In this document: positions 37,775 through 52,096 of the stretch, one piece after another
Numbering within the stretch: position 1 is the first letter of the stretch
Layout: each line of letters starts with the position of its first letter
Source of the DNA: Phoronis australis
Taxonomy: Eukaryota > Animalia > Phoronida
Assembly (NCBI GenBank): GCA_002633005.1
Contig: NMRA01000217.1
Location: 62,001-126,000 of the forward strand
Reading direction: 5' to 3'
Length of the DNA stretch: 64,000 nt
Position numbers and translations under genes: made by a program
Notes under the pieces: generated by a model
Told to the model about the DNA's origin: nothing
Database searches by the model: none
What the model saw: only the letters and a program-made list of their open reading frames with translations

Positions 37775-40700
37775 ACATTTTACGTTGCTGGGCATCTCCT
37801 AAAGTGTAACAACTTGTTACATTTTATAAAATTTTACAATTTACGTCGAATGCATATATGCGAGAAATGTAGCATTGTTACATTTTACGAAAGCAACGTC
37901 ATATTTCATGACTTTGCATGATATTTGTAACACGAAGAAAACCGTTTTACACACTTTTAAGTTAAAACGCCTTCTTTCTGGGATTGTGTGAATGAAATTC
38001 TATCAAATGTGCCAGGTCAAACTTATAAATGTGTCCCTATGTGCTTTACACGGTTTTTTAACATCAATAGTTTTATGGTATAGTCAAAAATGTGCTCCGT
38101 ACAGTTTCAACTCTACACGAAAGGAGTTTTCAGGATCAGGTAACAAGATTTTTTATTGTTGAAGCGATCTTGCAATCAGGTCATAAATCAATTGTGTATC
38201 CGGCATTACAGTAAACACACTTCCCTTGGTAAGCACAACAATGACATCGTATTTGGTTGATTTTTATAGTATTTCTTCGGGAACAAACGACAATAATAAA
38301 CTTTTTCATGGAGATTTCAAAAAAAAAACATTAGTTTTAATCCAATATAGTTTGGTTTATTTCGGCCAGTTTTTTATTTCCTTGGAGTCATTGCTAATGC
38401 ATTAATTGCCCTGCTCCACACAAAAGGAGGAAAACCAATGTTTTTGCTGCCGACAGGTTCTGTCTACCACCTTAGTTACGAATGACAATTTGTTGAGGAC
38501 ATTGTGGTGGAAGGAAGTAAAAGCACGCATTTATTTGCCGACAGGTTGAGAGATTTTGCCAAAGCAACAGTAGAATATCGCCTTTGAGAAGGGCGAGCCA
38601 ATAGTTTAAAAAAGTGGCGGCATAGTAACGTGTTTTATACAGCTTAAAAGCTGAAAGAAATATCATTGTCCCTATGATGTCAAACCTGTCTGATATAGTG
38701 GTGGTAACATCAGGTTAAACCGTGACGTGTATACGTAAAAATGGGATGCCTAGCGGGGGAAATAGAAAATATTTTGCACTCTGAAAGGACGACATGATTA
38801 TTTTACTCAAACGTGGACGGTTCTAAGTCGATAGATTAAAGGGGCAAACGACATAAGCAGGAATCAGCTAAAAACTCATACTCCTTATGTCAGAGATTGG
38901 ATATTATGGTACTTGGTTAATGGTCCTTTCCCACAGTTGCCTTGTAATTCGCTAAAAACGAAGGCTATGCTTGCCCATCCAGCGGACTTTGAAAAGAGTT
39001 TTCAAAATGTCCTTCAAATTTTGAGGGGTGTCAGTGGGTTACTGACAGAGCATTATACTGTTTCAGTTAATTGGATATTTCATCAGACATTTTTAATATA
39101 TGTTAATGGGCCAAAACAGGGTTTGGTGTCGTTTTAAGCAGACCACGTTTGAACAGCTTGCTCACCAGGGTAATTCCCAGTGGTCAACAAGTCTGTGAGC
39201 TAAGAACAATTAAGCATTTCTCTTCTTCTCTATTCACTGAGATGGAAGAAGGACTGAATGGTCACGTTAGAGGATGAGTGACAATACACACTGTTATGAG
39301 AGATTAAAATCATTGTTTAGATAAAACCTTCAATTACTGTGCCAGCAAAATGTTTTCTGTGGCGCAACGTATGAGGGCCTGTTCCTTACAAACAGTGCTC
39401 ATACATGTAACTTGTGGTGCTGTCATATTTAGTAAATAGTTTTGAAAGTTATTTTCCTCAATGGGTGTTTACCAACAACTCCATTGTTCTGTGCTTATTC
39501 GAAAATGAAACAACCATTGGTTTGGTGTTGCCTGCATATTAGCCAAACAATGTGACAACGGTAACACAACGCACGTGGACGCTGAAGGCGTAGCTTGGCT
39601 GATGAATCAGCTACGTCTTCATTCGCTTTGTACAAATAAATGGTGGATGTATTGTAACGGTGACTTGCTTTTTATTTCTTAACATAAAGTTGATACTTGC
39701 TTATTTGAAAGGATAAGCTTATTGTCATGAAAAGCAGTGCAGTAAATAAACATCACAAAAATTCATCTCTAAGTAAAAAACGACCCGAAAACCCCTCTTC
39801 GTAAAAAGCGCAGCGAAAATTTCTCTTTTAGAATGTGCAGCCACTTTGAGTGACGGCCCTGATTTATGATAAAATCGGTTGAGCCCGACCAATCTTAGAA
39901 ACGATTGGTAAGAAAAATTATATATCTAATTTGCACCTGCCATTTGTCGATGTATCAAGTTGCCAAGTACAAAATGTCGTTCATTTGGGAAGTGCTTAAA
40001 TGCCCAAGTAGTTCTGTCTTACCTGCGGTCAAGGTTTTCGTCACCTTTCCTTTAGACGTGGTCTTCTTTCTCACATCGCCCAGCAGAGTAACCCTTGGTC
40101 CATTGCTCAATAAATCCTGAAAATCATGAAAACTTGTTGCTAGGGGGACGCGTTTCTTTGATTTTCTTTCCATGGTAAATAACGGTATGCCCGATATTCA
40201 ACCTTGCTGCTCGCGTATGACAAATGACTTTGGAGATGAGTCGCATGAAAAAGTTACCGTCAAGTAACAGTGCCATTAGCACTGTCAATAGAAGGTTGTG
40301 CGACATAAAACATAAAACAGATGTAAATGGCATATCGGAAATAAATGGGCGAATCGTTATCGGTTGGATTGTAACTACATCCGCTGCCAATATACCGAGA
40401 CGACAATGCCTTAGCAATTGTAAATAAATGCGCAAGTCGTCACATAGCCGTGTTCATTTACTGAGGCAAACACGCTTGCTTATAGAAAAACGACAAATTT
40501 CCTCTTGCCAGTAAGGCAAATTAAATGTTCTCGATTATCTGCGCATTCGCCACAGTTGATCAATTTTATGAAAGTCAGCCAAAATGTATGAGTGTATTGT
40601 CCGTTGACAGGTAAACACATTCTTATATCAATTACGATGTATGGTAAGGCTTTGATGTGTTTTATTCCTCTATTTTGAGCGATATCCAGAGGAAATAAGC

Positions 40701-41200
40701 AAATTTCTGTTTGACCAGTCCACGGTTCTGTTGAAATTACTTTTATTGATTGCCGTTTACAATAGGAAACAGCTAAGCGAATTTGTGACTAATAGTCTTG
40801 ATCATTTCATAGCAGATTCCCAAAAATATCAGAGTTATTTTAATGAATTAAAAGGGGAATCTGCATGGCTGATTATGCTGATGTAAAAATTGTGTGAGAT
40901 ATCGTGTTCACACCTGGAGAAATATTACTACGGCAACAGATTTCGCTGGAAATTTTCATTGTTTTGTAAGAATATCTGTTCCTGGTAACAGGACGCTATA
41001 CATGTACAACGTACATTACCCCATTAATTTAATAATTTGCGCCTCATTTAAATAAGGTTACTTAGGGCAGCGGTAATTGTAATGACACAGAGAACGACAA
41101 CAAGGACGATTGCGATGAGATCATTGAATAGGAAAGTATGAGAATTGATAAAACAAAAATGAAAAGGAATATTGATTGTTAAATGAAAGCGAGGAGCGGA

Positions 41201-41510
41201 ACTTGGCGAAATTCACAGAAAAGACGACGACAGAGATGATGACAAAGATGATGGATATGACCATGATGGTGACGATGACGAACAACACAAGTAATGATAA
41301 CATTCATGTGACGAAGGTAGAGGTCATAAATAAGTAAGAAATAGGCTACAGTCTTCAGCGACACTTGGCGAAATTAACTGAAAAGACGACGACGAGATGA
41401 TGACGAAGATGACGAATATGATGATGGTGGTGGCGATGATGAACAACATCATAACATTTATATGATGAACTTAGATGTCATAAATCAGTAAGAAATAGAC
41501 TACAGTCTTG
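41201..41510. repeat. Two diverged ~162-bp tandem units rich in GAT/GAC
   Basis: acttggcgaaatt at 41201 and 41363; both units end ctacagtctt. Confidence 0.8.
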
Positions 41511-41537
41511 TTGAATAGAAGCAAAACCGACATCAAC

Positions 41538-42320
41538 GCAACAAGAGCGCCCAACAAAGGAATAGCGCTATCAGAAAATTTTGAATAATTCAAAAAGCAG
41601 ACATTCTACCGAAAAATAAAAAAATATCTTCTGAAAGCCGGTTCAAAATTCTATCTAAATTGATTTCGCACAGTCCGTAAATTTTTCGAAAAATTGAAAT
41701 TTTGCGATTTCTGAAATTGAAAGTCAAACAACTCGAAAAAGGTAAGTCTGAGAAAAAAATTGTTACAGTTCATTTGAAATAATATACCTCAGAAAATCCA
41801 CATACGAAAATTCACGTCATTTCCTCTTCCCGTTTAAAATGGCACCCCAGCACGGTTGAAAATGGGTCAAAATGCGCCACATACGCAATTTTGAAAAGCA
41901 CTTCCGCTTGAGCCGTACTTAATCATAGCTAAATATTAAAAACTAATACACAAAAAATTTCGAAGTAATCAGTATTGCGCCCTCTACAAGAAAAAATTTT
42001 TACTCAAAATCGAAGTGCGCAGCGCCATGGCCGATATTTCCGCCATCTTTGACCGGAAGTAAAATGTTTTCCAGCACATCTGTAGGACTTGTCTTGTGTG
42101 ACAACCGTGTCGATTTTCAGTTGTGTACGCGAAAAATTACGGTCTCCGTGAGACTTTTAACCTGAAAATGTATACAAAATGGCCGCCGTGTCGACCATCT
42201 TGAATTTAATTACGACGAAAAACAACAGGCTTCCAGGACTTCTGGGTCCACAAGTTGTGTGCAAATTTGATGAGAATCGGACGAAAAATGCGACCTGTAG
42301 AGTACAGACAAAAAAACTTA
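41538..42320. mobile_element. Helentron/HINE-like repeat remnant
   Basis: aacaagagcg start; aaaatggccgcc..ccatcttg and caaatttgatgagaatcgg motifs typical of such invertebrate repeats (pattern recognition only). Confidence 0.35.
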
Positions 42321-43904
42321 GTAGCAAAGCAACATACCTGGAGGTATTCGAAGAATTCCGCCAAGTAATAAACATCTGGAGAATGATTATTTTCAAATCT
42401 GCTGAAATTTTACAGTCGTCAGAGTCTTCTCCAAGAAATGCCAAACAAGAGAACAATTTTTGATATGCGAGTCACGACTAAAATTGTGATATACATACAT
42501 GCATTAAATGAACCAGACTACTACTGTCACCTGTCTGAAGACAAGAATACGACGTTGGCAAGTCGCCTGAAGATATATAAAACTTTCACGAATGAATGTT
42601 TTCACTCATCCTCAAGAGGTTCAAAGATGAAGGAGCAAAAAATCAAGTACTGAAACTTATGAGAACAAATTGTATGACTCGCCTTCACAACACGGGTCAT
42701 CGTCGTAATGTTCAGCCGATTGAACTGAATCTTCCTTTACAGTATTCTTCTGCGGAAGATGAACTATAAAGATATGGTCTCGTATACTACTATTGTTCTA
42801 GACTTGATTTCCATTTTAAATATTTTCTATTCCACCTGCGTCCAATTTGCAGAATTAGTCAAATTTAAAAGTCAAATTAAATGGAAATGTTAATGTGCGC
42901 CCACCCGATCAAACCCATTGGTGCGTTATATCACTTCCATGCACTGCATTGCTGCTCACAATATTATGTGTCCATCATATGTATAACGCGTTATAGTCAA
43001 TCACGCATTGAATTATTGCTTACAATATTATGTCTCCAAGTGTCAGTAATTTGAAAAATACATTGTACGGTGATGGGTCATTTTGGCACACTTCGTTATT
43101 ATTCAATTTGGAAATGAATGGTTGTTCCCGACAAATATTGAAATAGTTTTGAAGATGAACTAATGGTCTCTATAACCCAATATAAATGAGAAACATACGC
43201 TGCCATGACAACACAGGAAGGTCTGGTGTGGTGGAAGAGAGTCAAAAAATTTAATGCCAAATGATACACCCTGGAAATATCCAAGAATTGCACTCATTTA
43301 GTTAAACAGCAGGGGGCGAGGTTGGTCTTTATTTTGTAAACACAGCAGAACTCACAGTGGTTTTTGACCTTTTCCCAATTCTACATATGCACAAGAGTGA
43401 TGTGAATTCGAGTACATTAGTGGTAAAATTCTAAGTTAGAGGTAAGTAGGCGCCACAAGCCCATCGTATCGCCGTGAGCGCTGAATTTTGAAAATTCATT
43501 GAACTCGCAAAACAAGACTCGCAAATATTTAGGACTATTTTTGACTCATGAGTGGGTATTTAAATAGAGTCTGCACTGGCAGATCTTGGATGTCGGAGAA
43601 AGAAGGCCCAATCCCACATATTTAAAGGCAACGGTCCGCGTGCATTCCAAGCGGTCTCTGAAGGAAAATAGGAGCTTAACGCCCAGAACCGATATGCTGG
43701 CGGCGACTTTCAGTAGCCCGTGGGATGTGTTCTCGGGGTCCTTCGCCACCCCTTTATCCTCCTGTGGTGTGACACCCTACCTGTTTCTTTAGGTCGAAAT
43801 ATTAATAAAAATTCTATTAATCAGCGAGCATATATGCGTGGTGGTCGCGCGCCCTGAAATATTCGGCAACAATACTGTCGTCAGCGTAGCGCATTGATGC
43901 CCTG

Positions 43905-44152
43905 GGGTCCGTTCCAAGAAACTGACTTAAGTTCATTTTTGACTTAAGTCTAAGATTTGTCTTAATTTCCATACTTTGAAACTTCCACATCTGGTGAAAT
44001 AGTAAAAATTAAGAAAAAAAATTTATCAAAAAGTTAATTCAAACTTAAAATCTCTTTCTTGAAATGGTCTCGAGACAAATTTAAGTTTTATCTTAAAATT
44101 TACTAAAACTTAAGATTTGTCTTAGCTAAGTCAGTTTTGTTGGAACGGGTCC
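43905..44152. mobile_element. Harbinger-like palindromic MITE
   Basis: TIR ccgttccaa(g/c)aaactgactta; CTG 3-bp repeats on both flanks; related single end at ~3889. Confidence 0.65.
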
Positions 44153-46987
44153 CTGAGCTATGATCGTATCGACGACTACGCCCCACTATACCGTCACTCA
44201 CGGCGCGTAGACGCTACGTTAACACGAAAAAGGTCGTTGCTACAATAAAATGTAAAAAGGTAGTTGGCTGCGCCTACGTTCGCCTACGACCCTCTACAAC
44301 ACTGTAACATAACGATTAGCGTCCCTGCCTGTCTAATCCTTGGTAACACACTACAAAACCAGTCTGAACTCGAAATCTAGAATTTTACTAGAAATTCTGA
44401 TGAGTTTACTCGAGTTGGTAGCTCACCCAGCTTGAACCTGGACTAGAAACTCATCCACTGTCTGGGAATTCCTTTCCGCTCAGTTCCAGCCAGCATACAC
44501 ATGCTGCACTGTCTCTGTCGTGCACCGTCAATCGTCATAAAAGTAGTTCAACATAGACTAACAGATAGGTAGAGATAAGGTGACTGCACTACATGAGCTC
44601 CTAGTGTGTCGGGACTTGTAGCTTGTTGTAAGATTCTGGTGTCTTGTGGGGCCGCTTCAATCCTTGCCGTTTGGACTGTGAAAGCACCATCGCGTTCTTC
44701 AGCCTCATCAGTTACGGCCACATGAGTATACGAATCGCTCGAGTTGTGATGTCATCTGCAACAGTTGATAAGTTGAGGTACCGCACGCATCATGAGACTA
44801 AGCAGCAACTCGTGACTGCTGCGGAGAACACATTACAAATCCCAATGTGAATGGCAATGAATCGCAAGAGCTCTTCACAGACCTCGTTCGTGAATTTCAA
44901 ACGAATATGGACACAGTTTTATGTTTAACACTGAAAATTGAACCAAAACAAATGGATTGCCATTTCTAACAGAATTTGTGTGGAATTACCAGTTTAAATG
45001 ATGACCAGTTATAGACCTAATTCACGTGGCGGACATTAAAATCCAAAGCGAGGCTCACTGCGATAAGGTGGCACTGAACAGTTAGACTGCGGCCGACGTG
45101 GCCAATTTGCACTGCCAAAATATTAAAATCTAGGGATAGGCCAGGCTTGGGGGCATTTTTAGTTAGGTATCGTATGTAGGCCAAGTGAATTTGGTTTGTT
45201 TGTATTTGTGAACATGCTGCGAATTAAGAAGGGCACTTTCTTGGCTGTAGTTGCACTGTTCTTCAAGATGGTGGCCCCCTGTTGCAGTTGTGCATCGCTG
45301 TGTACATGTAGCAACTGAGAAATTGGCCGCGATTTCAGGTAGCCCTCAAACAAACCAGATTTTCAAAAAAAACTAGTTGGTTGACAGTACTTTTGGACCA
45401 CATTTTTGGAATTGGTAGGAAATCTGCTTTCGGAATCTAATGTTGGCTTTAGTCGAGCATCGGCAGGGAAGTGGTGGTTTTGGGGTGAAAAGTGCCGATT
45501 TTGCATTTTTTGTCCTTATTTTTCTTAGTCAAGCTTGGTTTCAACTGGGAGTGAAAGGGTCAAAAATACAAGAAAGAACAGTTTCTGTGCTCATCTGCTA
45601 GGCTTGTGATGTGAAATGACTCAAAACTTTTCTTTATTTGCATGCAGTTTTTGACAGAGTAAAGAAAGGGTGAAGAGTCCATTGACGTGTGTTCTGATAG
45701 GCAAATCCCTGTGAGAACTGTTCAGTGCCTCCTAAAGAAAGCGGAAGTTGACATTGCGTGAGTAAAATAGCTGGTCTTTCGAGTCCAAGTACCTGGATAT
45801 TAAATTTTAATAATGTGTCGACAATTAACCACAGAGACGTAGAAAAATACATTAGAAAACAAGTTGAGGCACCAAAGAGTTGTCTGACGAAAGGGTTTAA
45901 TTTTTTTCGGAAAACTAGGTTCGAAACATGAAAAGTTAATTTGACCAAATTGCGGCGATCTAGTGTTATGGATTAGGTATTATGCTGAATGCAGGGTTAC
46001 GTGTCTTCTTGTAAATTGTTGATCAAAATAATTTTTACACGAACCAGGTCATCTGCTCGTATTGTTGACGAGTTGAAGACATATTCGACAGTGGTGGCTG
46101 TCATGTGCAATTAGTCACATCTGGTTTTAATATTAACATCAAGCATATCCTGATCCTGGTGAGGTAGGCACTCACTGGGACTAACAGTTGATTTGTCATT
46201 GATCTGAAAGAATAATTGATGTTATAAATATATTTTTATTAAAATAAAAAACCAGGCTCGTAATTGAAAATAAAAATTGTTTGACCATCAATTCTGCTTT
46301 GATTCTTGGTTTTAATAATTCTTACGTCTATTTCATGTGTTAGGTTTCAAAAATCAATCTGGACCAAGTTGAATTTAAAACTTAAAACATCTGATTCGTT
46401 CGTCCAAAGCATAACTTTGTTTTAGAACTCAGTTTCAGTTAACTGGACAAAGCAATCATAGTTACCATGTTTCTTTAGGAGCCTCGTTCATCCGAGGGGA
46501 AAAGTGCCAGTGCCTTCTGAGAGGGGATTTATTCGCCGAGTGAGGGGAACAATCTACCTCCCGATCACCATCAATAGCACCCCCGCCCTGTTGCAAGCTC
46601 TCATAGGCTCTGTCTCAATTTAAAGTAGCCTTTTGTGCTCTTTCAAATTGTCATGTGTGTGGTTATAGGTGATGTGAACTCAGAGAGAATTTTTCACTAG
46701 GTGAATTTTTATGCCTCGTGGGGGGAATTTTGCGTGATTTTTCAATATTTTTGAGAGGGGAATTGGGCCGATATTGGGCCCTAAAATTGAGGAATTGAGG
46801 ACCCTGTCCTTTTTGGAAAGAAAAATTATAATGTTTCAACCCGTAGTCATGAAAACACAGCCTGGCTGGCCCATTCACCGGTCGTTACTATGATGCTTGG
46901 CAACTGAGATGCGACAAAATATGATCTAACTTTTCGAAAACATTTATAAATTTTACACGGACATATTTTGCTTCGTCGCGGCGTATG

Positions 46988-47056
46988 CATGGGCGGCGCG
47001 GCAGTGAAAAAAGTGGGGGCTATAGCCCCCCAGTCCCCTATGGTGTGCCGCCCATG
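46988..47056. mobile_element. 69-bp mini-MITE with 5-bp TSD GTATG
   Basis: gtatg|catgggcggc ... gccgcccatg|gtatg. Confidence 0.75.
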
Positions 47057-50000
47057 GTATGGCAACAACCCAACGCTTCCGAATCTCAACGTCTTTAGGG
47101 ATTGTAAAGCAGACAGTTGAGTGTCCGTATTTTTTCTAGCCGTTCGCGGAGCAACGCGGACTGGAATCCGATAAGCTAACAGAGCTATCGTAGAGAGCCT
47201 CGTTTTGGAACGCGCCTCCTGTCGGCGTGAAGGTCAAAAACAAATAGTATCATCCATCGTAAAGGGGTTTCCTTAAGAGGAGACGTACACGAAGTTTATC
47301 TCTGTATGTGGCCTTGCTTTTCATTGGCTTTTGGATGAACAGTTTAGTCACAGATTGACCAATAAGGGTGGTGCTTACTTAAGTACATGTACCTAAAGTG
47401 TTCCTCTTAGCTACCACCCTCATTAACATAAACGAAGCATACCGATAAAAGAACAGTCACAGGATAAAACATTAATGACTTTGGTAATTCTCAATTTTGA
47501 ACTTGGCAAATTGATTATTGACAGTTTTAGATAATTGTGATACATGTTGGTTGCTTAAAACACGAACGTGAATTTGTCATCAAAGCGTTACTTAGAATAC
47601 GTCAAATTTTATCCGGCTGCCTGTAAAACAGAATAAATGTTTCCCTTACTCCGTATAAACATTGAAGTTGTTCAATAATCCACCCATTCATGCTTCAAAC
47701 AACAAGGATAGGTCACGTTCCCACCTTTGTCTCTAATTAGTTCTCAGAATCCGACACTCAATAAGATTTCGATCAACAACAGAGCAGTGACTCGTCTAAT
47801 CACAGTAATTACACGGGAAATAATGCTTTAACACGAACTTGTATTGGCAATCACGTAAAATTAATATGGTTGCTCCTCAACTGTTTGCTTAGATAATAAA
47901 TCGATTAGTCCTCAGTAGCTGCACTGCTCAAAAGTGGAATGCGTCAACGACATCTACGGTTACTGAAATATCATGAGGAATGTCGGGCACTATCCAGAAA
48001 ACTATTGATCTTATGGCGTTCTATAAATTAAAGTAAATAGATCTGTGAGTGAGTTCGACTGTTGTGTTCATCGCTTCAGACAAAGCAAGATGGCAGAAAA
48101 CACTGACGGCAGACGACATTCTAACCTGCACTGACCAGGGAACGTGACGCACGCAGTTGATTCACCCGTGGAACAGTGTTGTTTTCCCGCCTTTTGAAGG
48201 TTTGTGTGTTATACGCATTCTTTCTGTTTTTTATATCAGAAGAGTAGCGATAGTAACAATTTGTTATGACTCGTTTCCCATCAGATCATGAACAGTGTTG
48301 TCACTCATCCACATTCGTTGTCCTACAAAGTCCTTTTATTGTCATTAACGCCATTCTTGTCTTGCTATCTCTGCTTCTTTTCTCATACAACGGAATTCAC
48401 TTCATATTTACTAGTCCTTTTCTCATTGAATGCATTTTGTTTCTCATGAATGGCGTTTTTTCTCTCGAACAATTGCCATATCGTTGATTTAGGGGTGACG
48501 AAGGTCTTGGTTAGACAAAGGGTGATTTCTTTCGATTATTGAAGAAAAGAGAATATTGTTGAAGGCTAGATGTTGACCATGGTCTTCTCCGGCGTGTGAT
48601 GAACCAATGAGCTATACTTAGTATAGCTCACTGGATATACCAAAACGTATAGCCTATCAGTGTAATCACGAGCGTCATCACAAATGTACGTGACTGATAA
48701 ACCAATACATTGTGTAATAGGAATTTTGCCCGTATGTAATATACATGAATGGTGTCACGCTGCAATAGTACTTAAAAAGGGAATTCTCTTTATGGACAAA
48801 GAGAACTTTCTTGTGGTTGGTAAAAAGGTACTACAGCTCGCAAGAAAATTACGAATTAAAATTAACGAGAAAGGGACTTTGTTAATGAGAACGCTCCTAC
48901 GGATCGTGATGGCCGGGGAAGATTGACAGTCGTGCTGAAGAAAAGTGCGACAGGTTTTTCTACTGAGAAAGTATAAAACAGAAATCCCCGAATTTTCATT
49001 TTCAAATGCTCCGTTGTGGCTTTCATTTTACTGAGGTTTTTGTTGCGGAAATGTCTGCTTTAGTGAGGGCTACATGAATATCCAGACTGCAATAGCAAAT
49101 CTTAGGACCATTATTTTCTCCAAATTAAATCATAACTGCTCAATTTGCAGTCAAGGCAAACCTATGAATGTACAGTGTAAGCACTTAACAAGAAATAAAG
49201 TGTACTTACTTTAGCTCCAAATTTCCAAACAATAGAGAAAATGTAATGTGTTCTGTAAAAATGAACAACATTTCATGTATGTGTTCTATAGAAACTGAAC
49301 ACAATTTGTACAGGTATGTGTTCTGCATCCGCGCACCCGGGGGAGCTTGGGGAGCACAAACGAGCCCTCCATTAGCTGAAGTGTGCAAAAGGGTCCGCCT
49401 CAGAGAAACAAAAACTCCGAAAAAGTAGAAAAAGAGTCAAAAGTCCACTAAAAAGGCAGAAACTACCAAAATTCGGCGAATGCACAATTCATTGCTCTGA
49501 ACCTATCGCATGAATCTTAGTAAAAAGTCCACATTCTCTTTGTAGAATGCATGTGTTTTGTAGAAACTGAACACAATTTATACATGCATGTTTTCTGTAG
49601 AGACTTAACACAGTTCTTCCTGAGGGTTTGCAATTATCGTTCGTCTATATGCATCAACTTCTATGTTGAATATTGCACATTTTTTCGTTGGCTCGGCGAT
49701 TTCTAAAAACATTATCAGGTGAGCGACGAGCGCGCCTGCTGTTGAGTGATACACTAGTAGTTGGCAATCGAGTATCACAGCCAAGACCTGAAGGGCTGCA
49801 CTTGGAAATTTATTCTTTGAGTCATTCATAAAGAAGGGCAAGTTTTGTATATTCTTCCTAATGCCTGCAGAGGGAGGGTGGTGTCACTGCCAGTTGTTGT
49901 CCTTCCATCGGTAGTTGGGTGACCGACCACATGCAGTCGAAGGTCCACTTTAGTCAGGAAATTTTGTTTCCAATTGATTTTTATGCGCCCACATATTGCC

Positions 50001-50578
50001 GTCATCTCTGTCTAAGCGTTTGGAGCCCGGCGTCCACAGGTGTATCTGCTAGGCCCCTTGCTTGATGTTAATGAGATTTGGCAGACTTGTTTTATGACGA
50101 TGACGGCGGATGGCGACGAGTTTCGGACCAAACCGACTACCGCTGTGTCCTCTATTATAGCAATTTTAATTGTTTATTTACGTTTGCCTCTGTATCTTTG
50201 TAGCTCCTTGACGGATTTTTATGAAATTTAGCAAATACATATAGGTTTCTATTAAGGAAACGGCGACAACTTCTCATTGTGGGACGGACTTGACGTATTT
50301 TACGCCACCTAGTTGCCATTTTTACTATCTTTGAGTCTCACTTTACCAAACTGCTGGAATGATCATTGTGAACGTTGGTATATGTGTTCCTGCACAGAAT
50401 ATCACGGATGACGTTTCTTTTCGATCGGGTTTTACTGCTGTTGCGTACGTTAGTGGCACTTCTGTTATTTTTGCATTCGCGACTGTTTGCAGGACCTTTG
50501 TGAAATTTGACACGTGATTTTCTTTGGATATGACAACATAGATGTCACGTTTTTCCCCGTGTGTGGGTGGGCGCAGGT

Positions 50579-51257
50579 TGTTACAGACCGGTGCTAATAG
50601 CTTTCGGTGCGATGATAGACTGAAGACTGGTTCGAGTTAATCCTTTATTAATCCCGACCGTATGTTCACAAGCCTGCTCAAACAAAACGTCCGACGTAAT
50701 GTCTGTTTATGCTCCAGCCAGTGCTGCGAAGCCTTGACTTGTGATGAACTTCTGAGACACGTTCAGCAACTGTTACATTCGTCGATTCAATAACCTGCTG
50801 TCTCTATAGGTGGCTCTCTATTGACTATCGCTGTAACTGCTGATTCTCTTCACTGCAACTCAACTGTAGTTCTCCTGATTAACTTTCTTGAACTGACTTG
50901 ATCTTCTCTTGAACTGACGTGATCTCACTGACTTAATCTTCTTGGACTCAAGTCACTAACACAAACCCGTGCTTGTGTATTTATAGCCTAATGCATTGTT
51001 CTAGAACTTTTCATCAATTCAATCACATGCCAGAACTTTCTGGAACCTACCCAATCATTCTACAAACATGTACTAGTCTCTAGAATATTCCAGACTGCAT
51101 TAATCACTGTCATGCTAGAGTCTTCTAGAAAGTTCCACACTATACTGTAGTAAACAAATTACATCATCACTGTACTTAACTCAGGGGTCATGCCAATCAA
51201 ACAGAATAACAAAACAAAACAATACAACTAAAAATACTGTCAGACTATATTCTGACA
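50579..51257 (-). mobile_element. Probable solo LTR (Gypsy-like)
   Basis: TGT...ACA ends; on minus strand TATAAATA (~50985) precedes AATAAA (~50649); tctagaa-type repeats; no TSD seen. Confidence 0.6.
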
Positions 51258-52082
51258 ATAGACCCCAACTTTTGGACGAAATTTACTTCTGTTGTGTTCC
51301 CTAATGGCAACTTTTTTTTTTACGTTTGCCTCTGTGTTGCACGAATGAGATGTCTTACATCATCATTTTCCCTTGTCTTAAAAAGATGGATCTGTAAATG
51401 AAATTTCCACTATAGTGCATGGTGATATAAAGAGGGGCCTCTTGCCTTTAGTTTGCCTATCTACTCCGTTTTGCGGTCGGGGTTTATTACAGTGACTCGT
51501 TGACAGAGAATGTTATCGATTGCTTTTAAGAATGATAATTATACTGCTGTGATTATAGTTATGCATAGCTGTAAAGACATTTCATCACAATGTACCAGTG
51601 TTGTCTCACATGTACTTAGCTAAGCGCTTTTCTGCCAACATCGCCACCAGTCCCTAGCGGCTATGCTATCACGGTTCATTCTATCAATTCAATTTTAAAT
51701 ACGCAATTGAAAAGAAAATAGAAAATCCAGCTTTTCTTCAATACCCCATTTCTAAAATGGAAATGAAAAATCCATCATGTGCTCAATATCCCATTTTCAA
51801 CGTGCAGACCGAAAATGGCAAATCCTAGTTTTGTTCAATCCGTTTCCAAAAACGAAAATTGAAAATATGATTTTCTAACATCCGATTTTCAGTTGTTTGT
51901 TTCCATATTGAAAATTAAATTAACGGAAGTCTCCGTGATTGCCATGCATTTCATGTCAGTCAACACTATTGTCACAAACCTACTTGTCTTCATCCTAGAC
52001 ACACAGGTCTTGCTAAATGAGAGTTAAAACTGATCGCGTTTCATTAAGCTTCGCCCTTGTAACAGAATAGTTTCAGTATCGA

Positions 52083-52096
52083 GCTGCCATCTAGTG
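52083..52096 (-). promoter_or_regulatory. CTCF-like motif CACTAGATGGCAGC upstream of ENT4
   Basis: consensus match only. Confidence 0.3.

Noticed and set aside
39940-40173. 72-aa minus-strand ORF with a weak Crypton-like TTWAFKHF in another frame
   Set aside because: Too short, with no supporting motifs
44390-44470. CTGATGA...GAAA hammerhead ribozyme candidate
   Set aside because: The stem II closing pair and stems I/III with a cleavage triplet cannot be formed
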